Assembly (NCBI GenBank): GCA_964016885.1
Contig: OZ024740.1
Location: forward strand, 285,634,001-285,698,000
Direction of reading: 5' to 3'
DNA: 64,000 nt
From: Eledone cirrhosa
Taxonomy: Eukaryota
A program made the translations under genes and the position numbers. Below, piece after piece: positions 49,877-61,917 of the stretch (the stretch's first letter is position 1; every line of letters begins with the position of its first letter). Below the pieces are notes generated by a model. That model was not told where the DNA came from, ran no database searches, and worked only from the letters and a program-made list of their open reading frames with translations.

Positions 49877-52800
49877 CATATATATATATATATAGTTGAT
49901 AAATGAAACAACCAAAACACGGGGGGCTATTTTTACACACACACACACACGCAAATACACATACACTTAACATATGTGTGCAACCTTAGGCTTCAGGGTC
50001 CTGTCATGGCCAGCTCTATATAGTGGAGGAGTCATTTCAATATTGGCCTGTTATTAGGTGCCAGGACAGTGGTGGCCATACATGTTAAGTAATATGAAAT
50101 ACTGTATAGACGAAGAAAAGAATGTAGATGGGCCCATTGGGTGAACGTTTTAGAGATTGTAGGTAGTTTACAGAAGAGAACAATACAAAAGACAGAGAGA
50201 AGCAACAGTTTTTCTGTGGTATTGAAGTTGTATCATTTTTGGAAAACACTCTTGTATGTTGAGGGTGTATAGCTACAGTGTCATCCACTGAATTGTGGAT
50301 TCACTTCAGCTTTATAAAGGGTTATCAAAGGATGATTATCGTCATCATTATCATCCTTTTTTCATGCTTGCATGGGTTAGATGGATCTTTTCCACCCCCT
50401 CCACTTGTTTTTATTCACCATCTCTTCTGTGAGGTTCAGTGTTTTAAGATCCATTCTCACCAGCTTTACCCAAGTCTTCCATGGTTTTCTACTACAGCTA
50501 CATTCCACTGTGAACTCCTGGAATTTCTTCACTCAACAATCATCAACCATATGCATCACATGTCAATACCAATGCTGTTTTCTCTCTTACACAACAATAT
50601 TTGATTCCTCTTATACCTAGTTTCTCTCTCAGCTCATCCATACTTTGCCATTCATACACATTAATATCATACATGCATCAGAGTATGTTCACTCCAGTCG
50701 TTATATATCCTCTGCACTTATGGCTCATGCCTCACTACCATGTAGCATTACATTTTGCACTTAGGTGGTTTTCTGACCCCAAAGGAGATGCATAATTTTA
50801 GGGTTGTAGTTGTGACAATGTTTATCAATGTATAGTTACCATGAGTGTGAGGCCTTGTATTTGTCGTAACTGATGATTAATTTAACTTGTGCATTGTTCA
50901 TTCAAAATGGAGGCATATTTTAATATTGTCTCTTTAATATTGTAAAGTCTCAGGTCAGTCTTCACTGAACAGACCTATAATTAATATATTCTAACCATGG
51001 CCATCCCATGTATTTACTTCCAGATATAATATATCTAAGACAACATTATCCACTTAAATACAAAATGTACAGTGCAATCTTTTGAAAGTATTATTTTTTA
51101 GTGTGTCTTTATAATGAACATAATTTTTCAAATCACTTTCCAAGCCATCATTGGTTGAGTGGGTCATATCAATCTGAGACTATACAGATGAGTCTTGCTT
51201 ATGCATTTCATATTTGAGCATGATTTCTATGATTGGATGCCCTTCCTAATGCCAATCATCTTAAAGTGTGTGCTGGGTGCATTTTATCATCACACTAGTA
51301 TGAAAGGTGGTCGTGCTGGTGACATGGCAAAAAGCACCCAGTCCACTCTGTTAGGTGGTTGATCTGGTAGCACAATAAAAAGCACCCACTTCACCCTGTT
51401 AGACAGTCGTTTTGGTGTCATGATAAAAAGCACCCAGTCAACACTGTAATCTGGTTGGTATTAGGAAGAGCATCTAGTACCATATGAGCAAGACATGGTT
51501 GCCTAACCTGAATTATCTCAATGTCTACCCCATGCAAGTGGGAAAATGGAGATTAAACGATGCCGATGCTGACTAACATGATAAAATGCACCCAGTACAT
51601 ATAAAATTATAATTCTAGGAAATATGTTTATAAAACATTTAAAAACACACCAGCTCCGGCTTTTTTTTTTAGCATTGACAATTAATGGCTTATTTATTGC
51701 TTCTTTCTTTCTAGTTAAATATATTATTATTGAATTTGCCTTTCATCCTTTCAGGGTCAATAGTGCAGTTGATTCATCTATCTCTATCTCCCCATTGCTC
51801 TCCCTCTACCCCCCCCCCCCATCTCTCCCTTATCCTCTCTAAATTGTCTATATTGTACCATGAGAAGTGTCATGGGAGACCACTCACAGTGTCCCATTCT
51901 CTAGAAATGGAGATAAATTAAGTGAGGGGTGAATAACATATTCTCATAGAAAAACTCATATGCTACTGAAACCATCCAAGGATTGCCTGTTGTGTAGCAC
52001 AGTATAGAACAATAATTTTATTGGCATGTCTCAGTTCCAATAGTATTGATTTGTTTACATACAATCAATCATAGAGCAAAGATCATTATTCAGTGACTAA
52101 TACAACATTATCATTCATCTATTCATTCCCCCGTGAATTCTAACTTCGCACTTTAAACCAACAAGTTACTTTTGTATGTTCATTAAAAAAAAATGTTTCT
52201 TTGCTTTTAGTTGCTTGTGACACTAATTTGGCTCAAACTTGTACTTTTGATGAAATAATTATGTTTTATCAATTTATCCATAATGAAAGGGGAAAAAAGG
52301 AGCCAATTGCCATATCAGACCAAGGAAATAGTGTTTCCATTATTCTTTCCAAAGATATTACCTACCAGTCACAACTACTTGCAGAAGGAGGCAGGGTTTG
52401 AAATCTTAATGCATAGTATTGGATCAGATACCACAAAGTATACTGTCTGGCTCTTTAGCCATTCTGCCAATCCATCATACCTGCACTTTATTTATTTATC
52501 AACTCTAAACAGATGAAAAACAAAGTCGATTTTGGTGGGATTTGAACTCAGAGCATACTCAACCAGAAGAAATACTGAAACATTTAATCCGATGCCCTAA
52601 TGACTCTGCCAATATGATTATGAACTATTCTTCTTTAACTTGTTATTGAAAGGCGGGGATGATAAAATAATCTAATCTATCTTTTCATTGATCTCGCATA
52701 AAATAATGTTATTGGTGTTAGCTTTATAGCTGGCATTGACTGGGATTGCTCCAGGGTAGTAAGCTTGATACAAGAAATAAAACGCACATCTAACTGATTG

Positions 52801-53325
52801 TTAAATGTTTGTCTTCCCTCTGGACATTAATTTAATCCATTTTATATCTAATTTTATCGAAGAATTTCTATATTTTGAAAAAATATTTTTTGTCATTTTT
52901 CTTTTATACATCTTTTGATCTAAATCAAATAAAATTTATTTGAGAAGAATTTTATTTTCAAAGACCAAAATTTCAATTGAATTAACTTAATCAAGTTGTT
53001 ATGTAATTTATCTCTATTAGCTAGCTTGAAAAGATGATCTGTCTCTGTAAATATTGCTGTGCTTGTTGCTAAGCTACTATCTGACAAAGTTTCATAAAGT
53101 TATTCTTTTCTTTGTAATGATATTTTCTAACGCATTGTATTATATTATGCTTGGGTGGAAGATGTATTGAATATTGTAATATGTATACAGTGTTGTGGCG
53201 AACTGATGTGTTGTGTTGTCAACTACCTGTATAGTATTATAATCAATTCCTTTTGAGGCAAAAGGTAACTTTATTTTTATAGCACAAAAGCAGTGACAAA
53301 GAACAAACTCTAGTATATTATTATT

Positions 53326-53525
53326 GTGGATTGGCAGTATCGGTAGAGGGCCGGACGCCATGCTTTGACCCATAGAGTTACGGTCCTTTATGATCTGAGC
53401 TCAAATCCCGCCGAGGTTAACTTTGCCTTTCATCCTCACGGGGTCGATAAAATAAAGTACCAGTCATGCACTGGGGTCGATTTAATCGACTTTCCTCTCC
53501 CCCAAAATTGCTGGCCTTGTGCCTA
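53326..53525 (+). mobile_element. Family-1 SINE
   Basis: Full head, core and tail; abuts a reverse family-3 SINE tail. Confidence 0.9.
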
Positions 53526-53667
53526 TCATCAACGTTTAACGTCCGTGTTCCACGCTTGCATGGGTTTGGACGGGGGTTTTCCCACTTGAGGCAAGAGTGA
53601 TTGTCTTGCTCGCATAGGACTGTCTGGCAGGTTTTCTACAGCTGGATGCCCTTCCTAACTTCCAACA

Positions 53668-54133
53668 CTAAATACAAAGTAAAACCTACTACAGTCAGTA
53701 GGCATCTCTAACAAAATACACCCCCGTCCCACCACCCCCACCCCATCCACACCGCCCCCTTCTATGTAAAGTTATGTTGGTGCCACACCATCCAGGCCGA
53801 AACAAATGAGATCGTGTAGGTGTCACGACAAAAAAACACAGTCCACGCTGTAATGTGGCCGTGTAGGCAACACGGTAAAAACCTCCCAGACCCACACTGT
53901 AAATGTGGGTCTGGGAGGTTTTTACCGTGTTGCCTACACGGCCACATTACAGCGTGGACTGTGTTTTTTTGTCGTGACACCTACACGATCTCATTTGTTT
54001 CGGCCTGGATGGTGTGGCACCAACATAACTTTACATAGAAGGGGGCGGTGTGGATGGGGTGGGGGTGGTGGGACGGGGGGTGTATTTTGTTAGAGATGCC
54101 TACTGACTGTAGTAGGTTTTACTTTGTATTTAG
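53668..54133. repeat. 466-bp inverted repeat (229/230-bp arms, 7-nt loop)
   Basis: Arms appear identical apart from one C5/G6 homopolymer indel; loop CTGTAAA at 53897-53903. Confidence 0.97.
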
Positions 54134-54600
54134 GTAAGGCGGGTGCCTATATAAGAAACAATTATTTATATTTATATATCGGTGTAGGCATAGCTGGGTT
54201 CAATCCCAGTGGTTAGTATATTGGGTAAGGATTTTACATTATAGCCTCAGGCTAACTAATGCCTTGTGAGTGAATTTGGCAGATGAAAACTGTGTGGAAG
54301 TTTGACATGTATGTGTGTACGACTTCACTCTTGACACCATTTAGGCAAGTGGTGATGTTTATGTCTCACTCATATAATGTTCCATTGCTCAGCAATTCAA
54401 TGAAAATCAGCAATAAAATGTTCCATACTTAAGTGCTGGCATCAGGAAGGCATCTGACATTAGAATACTGCCCCCAAAAGTCTTGTCCAATCCATGCCAG
54501 CATGGAAAGTGGACATAAAAACGATGATGGTGACAACACTCAGGACTTGAACTCATAAGGAAGAGGAATAAAACCAAATGCTAAATTCTGTCACCAGATC

Positions 54601-55349
54601 TATCTCCACTATAGTTATTTAAGCCAAGTCTATCTCCACTATAGTTATTTAAGCCAAGTCTATCTCCACTATAGTTATTTAAGCCAAGTCTTTCTCCACT
54701 ATAGTTATTTAAGCCAAGTCTATCTCCACTATAGTTATTTAAGCCAAGTCTATCTCCACTATAGTTATTTAAGCCAAGTTTATCTCCACTATAGTTATTT
54801 AAGCCAAGTCTTTCTCCACTATAGTTATTTAAGCCAAGTCTATCTCCACTATAGTTATTTAAGCCAAGTCTTTCTCTACTATAGTTATTTAAGCCAAGTC
54901 TATCTCCACTATAGTTATTTAAGCCAAGTCTTTCTCCACTATAGTTATTTAGCCAAGTCTATCTCCACTATAGTTATTTAGCCAAGTCTATCTCCACTAT
55001 AGTTATTTAAGCCAAGTCTATCTACACTATAGTTATTTAAGCCAAGTCTATCTCCACTATAGTTATTTAAGCCAAGTCTATCTCCACTATAGTTATTTAA
55101 GCCAAGTCTATCTCCACTATAGTTATTTAAGCCAAGTCTATCTCCACTATAGTTATTTAAGCCAAGTCTTTCTCCACTATAGTTATTTAAGCCAAGTCTA
55201 TCTCCACTATAGTTATTTAAGCCAAGTCTATCTCCACTATAGTTATTTAAGCCAAGTCTTTCTCCACTATAGTTATTTAAGCCAAGTCTATCTCCACTAT
55301 AGTTATTTAAGCCAAGTCTATCTCCACTATAGTTATTCAAGCCAAGTCC
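54601..55349. repeat. 30-bp tandem repeat, about 25 copies
   Basis: Unit TATCTCCACTATAGTTATTTAAGCCAAGTC, very homogeneous. Confidence 0.99.
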
Positions 55350-56373
55350 ATATCCCCTACTCTTATTCTTATGTTAACTTTATTTCATCTCATTTTCTGT
55401 ATTATTCCTCCTAAATCTTGACAGTTTTAGTCCACTTGTTAGTCAAAATGTGGCATTTTGCATCTGACTGCTTCCTGCCTGTGAGTTACAACAGATGTGA
55501 TATTAACTAAAGAACGTGCACTGTTAACTATGTGTTAGTATGTGTGTGTGTGTGAAAGAGAAAAACTGAGGGGAGAAAATTCTTATTAGTGAAAGCAACT
55601 ATATGTTTGAATGCATATGTCAATAGTGTTTCAGACTTAAGAGTGTGGGGTTTGGATAATGTTTAAGAAAGAAAGCGTTTGTTTCAAATTGCTACTAGTT
55701 TGTAGTAAATTATTGGAAGTGGATGAGGTTAATACTCATGCAGAAAATCATGCTTAAAATATTTCTAAACCTGTCTTGAATATGTGGCGTTCTTGGGGGG
55801 CTTTTTGGCTCTGCCTGATTTCAGTACATTATTCAAATGAAACTTGTCAAGAGACACTAAGCCTATGAGTACAGTGCACTCATCCACAGTATGCTGATGA
55901 AGAAATTCATGTTTTTATGGTGCATATTCTCATGTATGTCATGTATGTATATACACAAATACATATAGGTTTTCATTAACCCTATTAACATCACATTGTC
56001 TGAAACTGCCCCTTCGTCATTCCAGTGAAATTCAACAAGGTTCTGTCCTTGAGATATTTAGATTTTCTTCAAATTTTTACCATTTATTGGTATTCATTGA
56101 AAATATCAGCTCCATAGCGCTAACCAATAACATTTTAAAACCAGTTAAAGATTTGGGTAATTTCCGAAATTTTGAAAATATTGAATTTATTTGATTCAGT
56201 TGAACTATTTCAGAAAGGATGCCTTCTTGTAACAGCCAAGATAATCAGAAAAGTACTTGAGGGCTGAATGGTATATGTACAGCATGGTATCATAGGTTAC
56301 AAGTAACAAGCCTGCTACTCGTGCTAAAACAGAATTTCCATCTAAGCCTGAGCAAAACCAAAATGATCATAAT

Positions 56374-56750
56374 AATTGTTTCTACTTTTGGCACAAGGCC
56401 AGCAATTATCCCAGTGTATTACTGGTGCTTTATTTTATCGACCCCTTAAGGATGAAAGACAAAGTTAACCTCGGCGGGATTTGAACTCAGATTGGAAAGG
56501 GCCGTAACTCTATGAATCAAAGCATGGCGTCCGACCCTCTACCGATACTGCCAATCATAATAATGATTTCTAATTTAGGCACAAGGTCAACGACTTGTGA
56601 GGAGGAGAATGGTGATTACATCAACCTCAGTACGTGACTGGTACTTCATTTTATTGACCCTGAAAAGATGAAAGGCAAGGTCGACCGACCGTGGCAGGAT
56701 TTGAACTCAAGATGTAAAGAACTGGAATAAATGCTGCCAATCCACCGCCA
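56374..56750 (-). mobile_element. Two family-1-type SINEs (young copy 56374-56555, older copy 56560-56750)
   Basis: Reverse-complement head, core and tail motifs. Confidence 0.85.
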
Positions 56751-57344
56751 AAATAATGATGATAATGATGATGATGATGATGATAATAATAATTCCTTAA
56801 CCACACACGTCTATACATAACCTCACATGCCTGTATCTATATATGTGATGAATGAGTTATTAAATAATACACTTAATAATATAATAAATAAAACCTCTCA
56901 AATATACTTCTATTCTTCTGAAGTGCAGCAAACATTCCTCACATTCAGGTATTTGTTTGTACTAGTTTCACTCTATAAACTGTGGCCATGCTGGGGCAAC
57001 ACTATGAACATATTGATGCCAGTACATATTTTTTTCTTTGTCAATCATATTAACCTTAGAACTTATTTTTTCAAGCTTGGTATATATATTTTTCTCTTTT
57101 CATCGAGCAGCTAAGTCATGAGACATAAATATTGACACAAATGTAAACATAGACATACATGTCGGTGGTGGCGTTTTAATGTCCACTTTCCCTGCTAGCA
57201 AGGGTTGGACTGGTCTACATAGACCAAGTCAGTACTGAACAGAAATGCCAGGAATTTGCATCTCACTTATGTATGGTCTCATATATTAGTTAAATATATA
57301 TGTATAAAAAAGAAAATTTTCGCTCTACATGGCTGAATACAATA

Positions 57345-57485
57345 AATGTAATCTGAGTTTTTCAAATATTAATAATAACATTCGATTCGTTTGTAATTAT
57401 GCAAACAAGCCTCATGACATGGCTATAAAATTGAGGCTTGTTTGCATAATTGTTATTATTAATATTCGAAAAACTCAGATTACAT
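57345..57485. repeat. Fold-back palindrome with hammerhead-like remnant
   Basis: ATGTAATCTGAGTTTTTC..ATTATGCAAACAAGCCTCA / TGAGGCTTGTTTGCATAAT..GAAAAACTCAGATTACAT. Confidence 0.85.
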
Positions 57486-57503
57486 AAATATATATGTATA
57501 ATT

Positions 57504-57629
57504 ATATAATTTATTTTAGATGAAAATAACTTCTAAAGGACTAGCATTGTTCCATTTGGTTGAAATCATCAACAAAATGAAATAGTGCTAGTCCTGTAGA
57601 AGTAATTTCCATCTAAAATAAATTATGTA
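57504..57629. repeat. Fold-back palindrome of the 49826 hammerhead family
   Basis: Arms contain GAAATAG-TGCTAGTC-CTGTA-GAAG and its diverged reverse complement. Confidence 0.85.
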
Positions 57630-57689
57630 CTGAATACTCTATTTAACTGTGGTCCCTTTCAATTGCTCTACAGAAAACTATTATATATA

Positions 57690-57867
57690 TATATATTTAT
57701 TAAAATAACAGATTAAAGTTTAAGCAAAGAATCGCTGCTTTCACCCTTAACGGGATCTTCTGTTTCAGAAGATCCCGTTAATATTTGCTCTACGGTTCTT
57801 ATATATTTGATATATATTTATCCTTATCAAGCCCTCTTTGGATTTTAGGCTTCAAATTTATTATTAT

Positions 57868-57872
<5 letters not shown>
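57690..57872 (-). mobile_element. (TA)n-flanked short element carrying the CAGAAGA hammerhead-like motif
   Basis: Reverse complement of 63716-63892; has a 16-bp internal inverted duplication TTAACGGGATCTTCTG-TTT-CAGAAGATCCCGTTAA. Confidence 0.85.
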
Positions 57873-57916
<44 letters not shown>

Positions 57917-58009
57917 TGGTAGAACACTGGAAGGTAATATCCGTAGTGGTAGAGCACTTAGTCATGGGACGAGTTAGGTAGAAGTGGTTACACAACAGTT
58001 AGTTCACCA

Positions 58010-58053
58010 TACCGAGAACAATTGTTTCACCATAGCGGATCCTCAGCTCGTTA
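58010..58053 (-). ncRNA. Minimal type I hammerhead ribozyme, intact core
   Basis: TAACGAG CTGAGGA T CCG CTA TGG T GAAAC AATT GTT CTCGGTA; palindromic AATT loop III; predicted cleavage between 58017 and 58016. Confidence 0.88.
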
Positions 58054-58342
58054 CTGTGTAACCACTTCTATATATATATATATATATATACTTAATACAT
58101 TAACAGAGAAAGCCATTAGCGATACTCTGACCAACTTCCAACTCGCTCAACAAACATTAGGAAATACCTAAGTATATTCCCAATTATACGTTTGGGGTGC
58201 TAACTATATTGTATTGTGTGGATAATCGGCTGTATTATTTTATATGAGACATAATTAAATATATATATATATATATACATCCATATGTAGTTGATGGCCA
58301 AGAGAAAAGAGTACTCAATACTGAAGTAGAGTTGTAGTATTC

Positions 58343-58440
58343 ATTTTATTAAGGTTAAATAGTGAGTCATATTACTCTGGAGTTTCACCTGTCATGTTAC
58401 TCCAGAGTAACACGATTCACTATTTACCCTTAAAAAAAAT
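58343..58440. repeat. Fold-back palindrome containing a hammerhead 3' half
   Basis: About 40-bp arms; the minus strand reads T GAA ACTC CA GAGT A. Confidence 0.8.
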
Positions 58441-59028
58441 ACGTGCACTCACACTCACTCTCTCTCTCTCACGATGGTCTTCTGAGTTTCTGCTCTTCTA
58501 ATTTCCACCCACAAGCCTTTCAAATAGATTTCTATTCCTCTGAACTTTAGCAAACACTCTTCATATTCAGGTAACACACATAATAAATATTTTAAAATTC
58601 CTCACAATTCAGCTAATAAAGAAATATAATGGAATGTTTCAGATCCAGAGACTGAATCAAATAAACATTTTTCCAGTTTCTTTATTTATTTATTTTTCCA
58701 GTTTCTCTACACTGATAATATATATATATATGAACAAAACAATAACAGTCAAATAAAAGCATATTCAAAACAACCCCCTCCCCCACTCCTCTCTTTCCTT
58801 CCTTCCTTTCTTTTGACTTTATCTCCTACAAAACTATGGTTTGAAGAAAAGAAAAAAAGAAGACTCTTTGTAGTTTAACCAACCATAATAATCTTTAAAC
58901 AAAATGGAAATCCTTAAATTATTCACCAAAATAGAAACTTAACAACAAGTGCCTCTAGAAAAGAATTTTTATAAAATTTTCTTCTGCATCCAATTTCTTC
59001 TCTATAATCATTATATCATCATCGTATG

Positions 59029-59227
59029 GTGAGTGGATTGGCAGTATCAATAGAGGGTCGGCCACCATGCTTTGACGCATAGTTACGGCCCTTGCCATTC
59101 TGAGTTCAAATCCGCCGAGGTTAACTTTGCCTTTCATCCTTACGGGGGGGGGGGGGGGTCGATAAAATAAAGTACCAGTAATGCACTGGATAATTGCTGG
59201 CCTTGTGCCAAAAGTAGAAACAATTAT
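59029..59227 (+). mobile_element. Family-1 SINE with target-site duplication
   Basis: Flanked by ATTATATCATCATC repeats; the internal GGGG is expanded to a long G run. Confidence 0.9.
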
Positions 59228-59714
59228 ATCATCATCATAACCCCTCCTCCATGTTGGTGTGTGGGTGTGTATTTTTCTAAATTTAAATTTTAGTTATTTA
59301 TGGATTTCTTTAATGGGGAGGGGGGGAGGGGGCTGAAGTGGGAAGTGTCATTGTCATCATCACCACCACCACCACCACCTCCACTAGCATCATCATTGCT
59401 GCCATCATCACCAGTATCATATGTCCACAATTCTCCTCCACCCATTGCAGTTTTTATAACCAGTTGTGGTCCTGTGGTCAGGTGATTAACTCTAAATATA
59501 GATGAGATTTGAATGCCAAGGCAGAATTTGAACTCAGAATATAATAATGCAAATAGTCACAGATATTGCAATGCATATCATCTGCAAATTTTAATATTTC
59601 TGCCAGTCCAATGACATGAATTAGTAATTATATTTTATCAACCTTGAAAAGATGAAAGGCAAAAATGACTCTGGTCAGAATTGAACTAAAAGAGCAGAGA
59701 GCCGGAATAAATAC

Positions 59715-60000
59715 AATACCATGAGTTATTTTGTCCTGTCAGAAGCAACCGTCTCCAACTAATCCAGCTAGGTCCCCAAGCGTGACAAGCCAAGTTCATA
59801 GATGTTAGCCAACCATCTTGCTTGGAGTGTACCCTGGGTCTCCTGCTGGTTGGTTTTGCCTCTAAAATCTGTCCTGTGATTCTTTCCTGAGACATTCTAA
59901 CCACATGCCCGTAGTATTGTAGCTATGATCTCTCAATTTGAAGAAGTAGCAGCTCTACTTGGAGTGACTATCTTTTCTCTGAGCTATGCACTCTATCGAG
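59715..60000 (-). mobile_element. RTE-clade LINE ORF2 C-terminal fragment
   Basis: GHVVRMSQERITGQILEAKPTSRRPR matches the GHV.RM...R / G.RPRGRP signature. Confidence 0.8.
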
Positions 60001-60064
60001 TGGAAGGAGTAGTAGTTGCGGACTTTGCCTCCATGGCTCTCTCAGGAATACATGGGTAAAGAAG

Positions 60065-60264
60065 NNNNNNNNNNNNNNNNNNNNNNNNNNNNNNNNNNNN
60101 NNNNNNNNNNNNNNNNNNNNNNNNNNNNNNNNNNNNNNNNNNNNNNNNNNNNNNNNNNNNNNNNNNNNNNNNNNNNNNNNNNNNNNNNNNNNNNNNNNNN
60201 NNNNNNNNNNNNNNNNNNNNNNNNNNNNNNNNNNNNNNNNNNNNNNNNNNNNNNNNNNNNNNNN
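60065..60264. other. Assembly gap
   Basis: 200 consecutive N. Confidence 1.
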
Positions 60265-60480
60265 GGTGATGGTTGTACGTTTTCCCTCTGTTTTTTTATA
60301 CCATAAACCCTGCATATTACCCAGTGTAAATATTACCCTACTCTATCATGCCTTGTTTTATATTCCTGGGGAGCTAATACTTTGCAACCGGAAACCAAGT
60401 GGTCAATGGTCTTAACATGCTTGTTGCAGAATCAACACTTTGGGTCAGTTCCATTTCTGATCATCATTATTATTATCATT

Positions 60481-60990
60481 GGCGGTGGATTGGCAGTATC
60501 GGTAGAGGATCGGACGCCATGCTTTGACGCATAGAGTTACGGCCCTTGCCATTCTGAGTTCAAATCCCGCCGAGGTTAACTTTGCCTTTCATCCTTACGG
60601 GGTCGATAAAATAAAGTACCAGTAATGTACTGGGTAATTTCTGGCCTTGTGCCAATAGTAGAAACAATTATTATTATCATTGGTAGAAGGGCAGTGGATT
60701 GGCAGTATCGAAAGAGGGCCGAACGCCATGCTTTGCAGCATAGAGTTACGGCCCTTTATAATCCGAGTTCAAATCTCGCTGAGGTTAACTTTGTTGATAA
60801 AATAAAGTACCAGTCACGCACTGGGGTCGATCTAATCGACTTTCCCCTCCCCCCAAAATTGCTGGCCTTGTGCCTATATAAGAAACTATTATTATTGTCG
60901 CTAGAGCATCAGACACCAAGCTTTGCAGCACAGAGTTATGGCTCTTTACGTTTTGAGTTCAAATCCTACCAAAGTTAGCTTTTCCTTTCA
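60481..60990 (+). mobile_element. Cluster of family-1 SINEs (two near-full copies plus a fragment)
   Basis: Heads at ~60481 and ~60689, each preceded by ATTATTATTATCATTGG; the two copies have different tail subtypes. Confidence 0.9.
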
Positions 60991-61692
60991 TAAATAATAG
61001 ACAGGGTCCAGGTTACTGGAAACTGAATGTGTGCTTTTCTGCATGGAAAAATTCTTCAGGGACCAGATTAATGAGCTATCATCAACAACAAGTGGTAGGT
61101 TACATTACAGAGTAAATATTGAGCAGTGTTGGTGAGTTTCTGGAAAGAATTAGCTACAGAAAAACACAGAGTAAAGAAAAAGCTAGTCGGTCATTTAGAA
61201 GAAGAGGCATCACAACTGGTATGCAACTGATGAGAATGGACCTCAACCATTTCTTTGATGTGAAACCTGAAGGATGTGTTGTCCTTGCTAGGTCATTAAC
61301 ACTAAAAGATGAAACTTCCAGAGCTGTTTAATGAGCCTAGATGGTGAAAGAACACCTTGGCAACAATGCTACAATTTGATTTCTGACAGACTGCAGTTGT
61401 GTGTATACGTATCTATGTCTTCACATCAACAGCAGTTAAAGCAAGTAGTTACGTTTGTTTATGTTCTGCATAAACAATATGTTCTGTTGCTAACTATTTT
61501 ACTAAAAATGAATGGTATATACTGTACTTAAAAAAATAAACTGCCTCAAATAATTCTGTGTGGTATGTTGAATTAAAGTAGACATAATATTAGGTGTTCA
61601 TTACCATATTTCCAATGAAATATATTGCCTGTGTTTTAAATAATTTTTAAATAATTTGAAGGAATTTGATAGTATAACTAATTTCTCCATTG

Positions 61693-61917
61693 TTAACCCT
61701 TTAGCATTTGCATTACTCTATATTTATTATTGTCTTTTTGCGGTAAAGGTTTTACCTCACATAATTATCTCACATAATATTGAATCTATGAGATCTTTAT
61801 ATTATGTTGAGAACAATATGTTAACATTAGTATGAACAGCCGGTTACAGTTGGTTTGAACTGAAGGAGGTGAGAGAATTCTGGCCAGATACAGCTGGTTT
61901 AAATGCTAAAGGGTGAA
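61693..61917. mobile_element. Family-A piggyBac-like MITE nested in a family-B MITE
   Basis: TTAA|CCCTTTAGCATTTG ... TAAATGCTAAAGGG|TGAA, interrupting family-B sequence at a TTAA. Confidence 0.85.

Noticed and set aside
54978-55340. 120-aa ORF of NNYSGDRLGL repeats
   Set aside because: By-product of a 30-bp stop-free tandem unit. The frame is broken by indels in the same array, there is no ATG, and no spacers support a CRISPR call
59968-60315. ORFs spanning the N gap
   Set aside because: Artefacts of unknown bases
61222-61282. CTGATGA...GAAAC on the + strand
   Set aside because: Unpaired bases lie between the hairpin and GAAAC, and there is no NUH triplet after stem III
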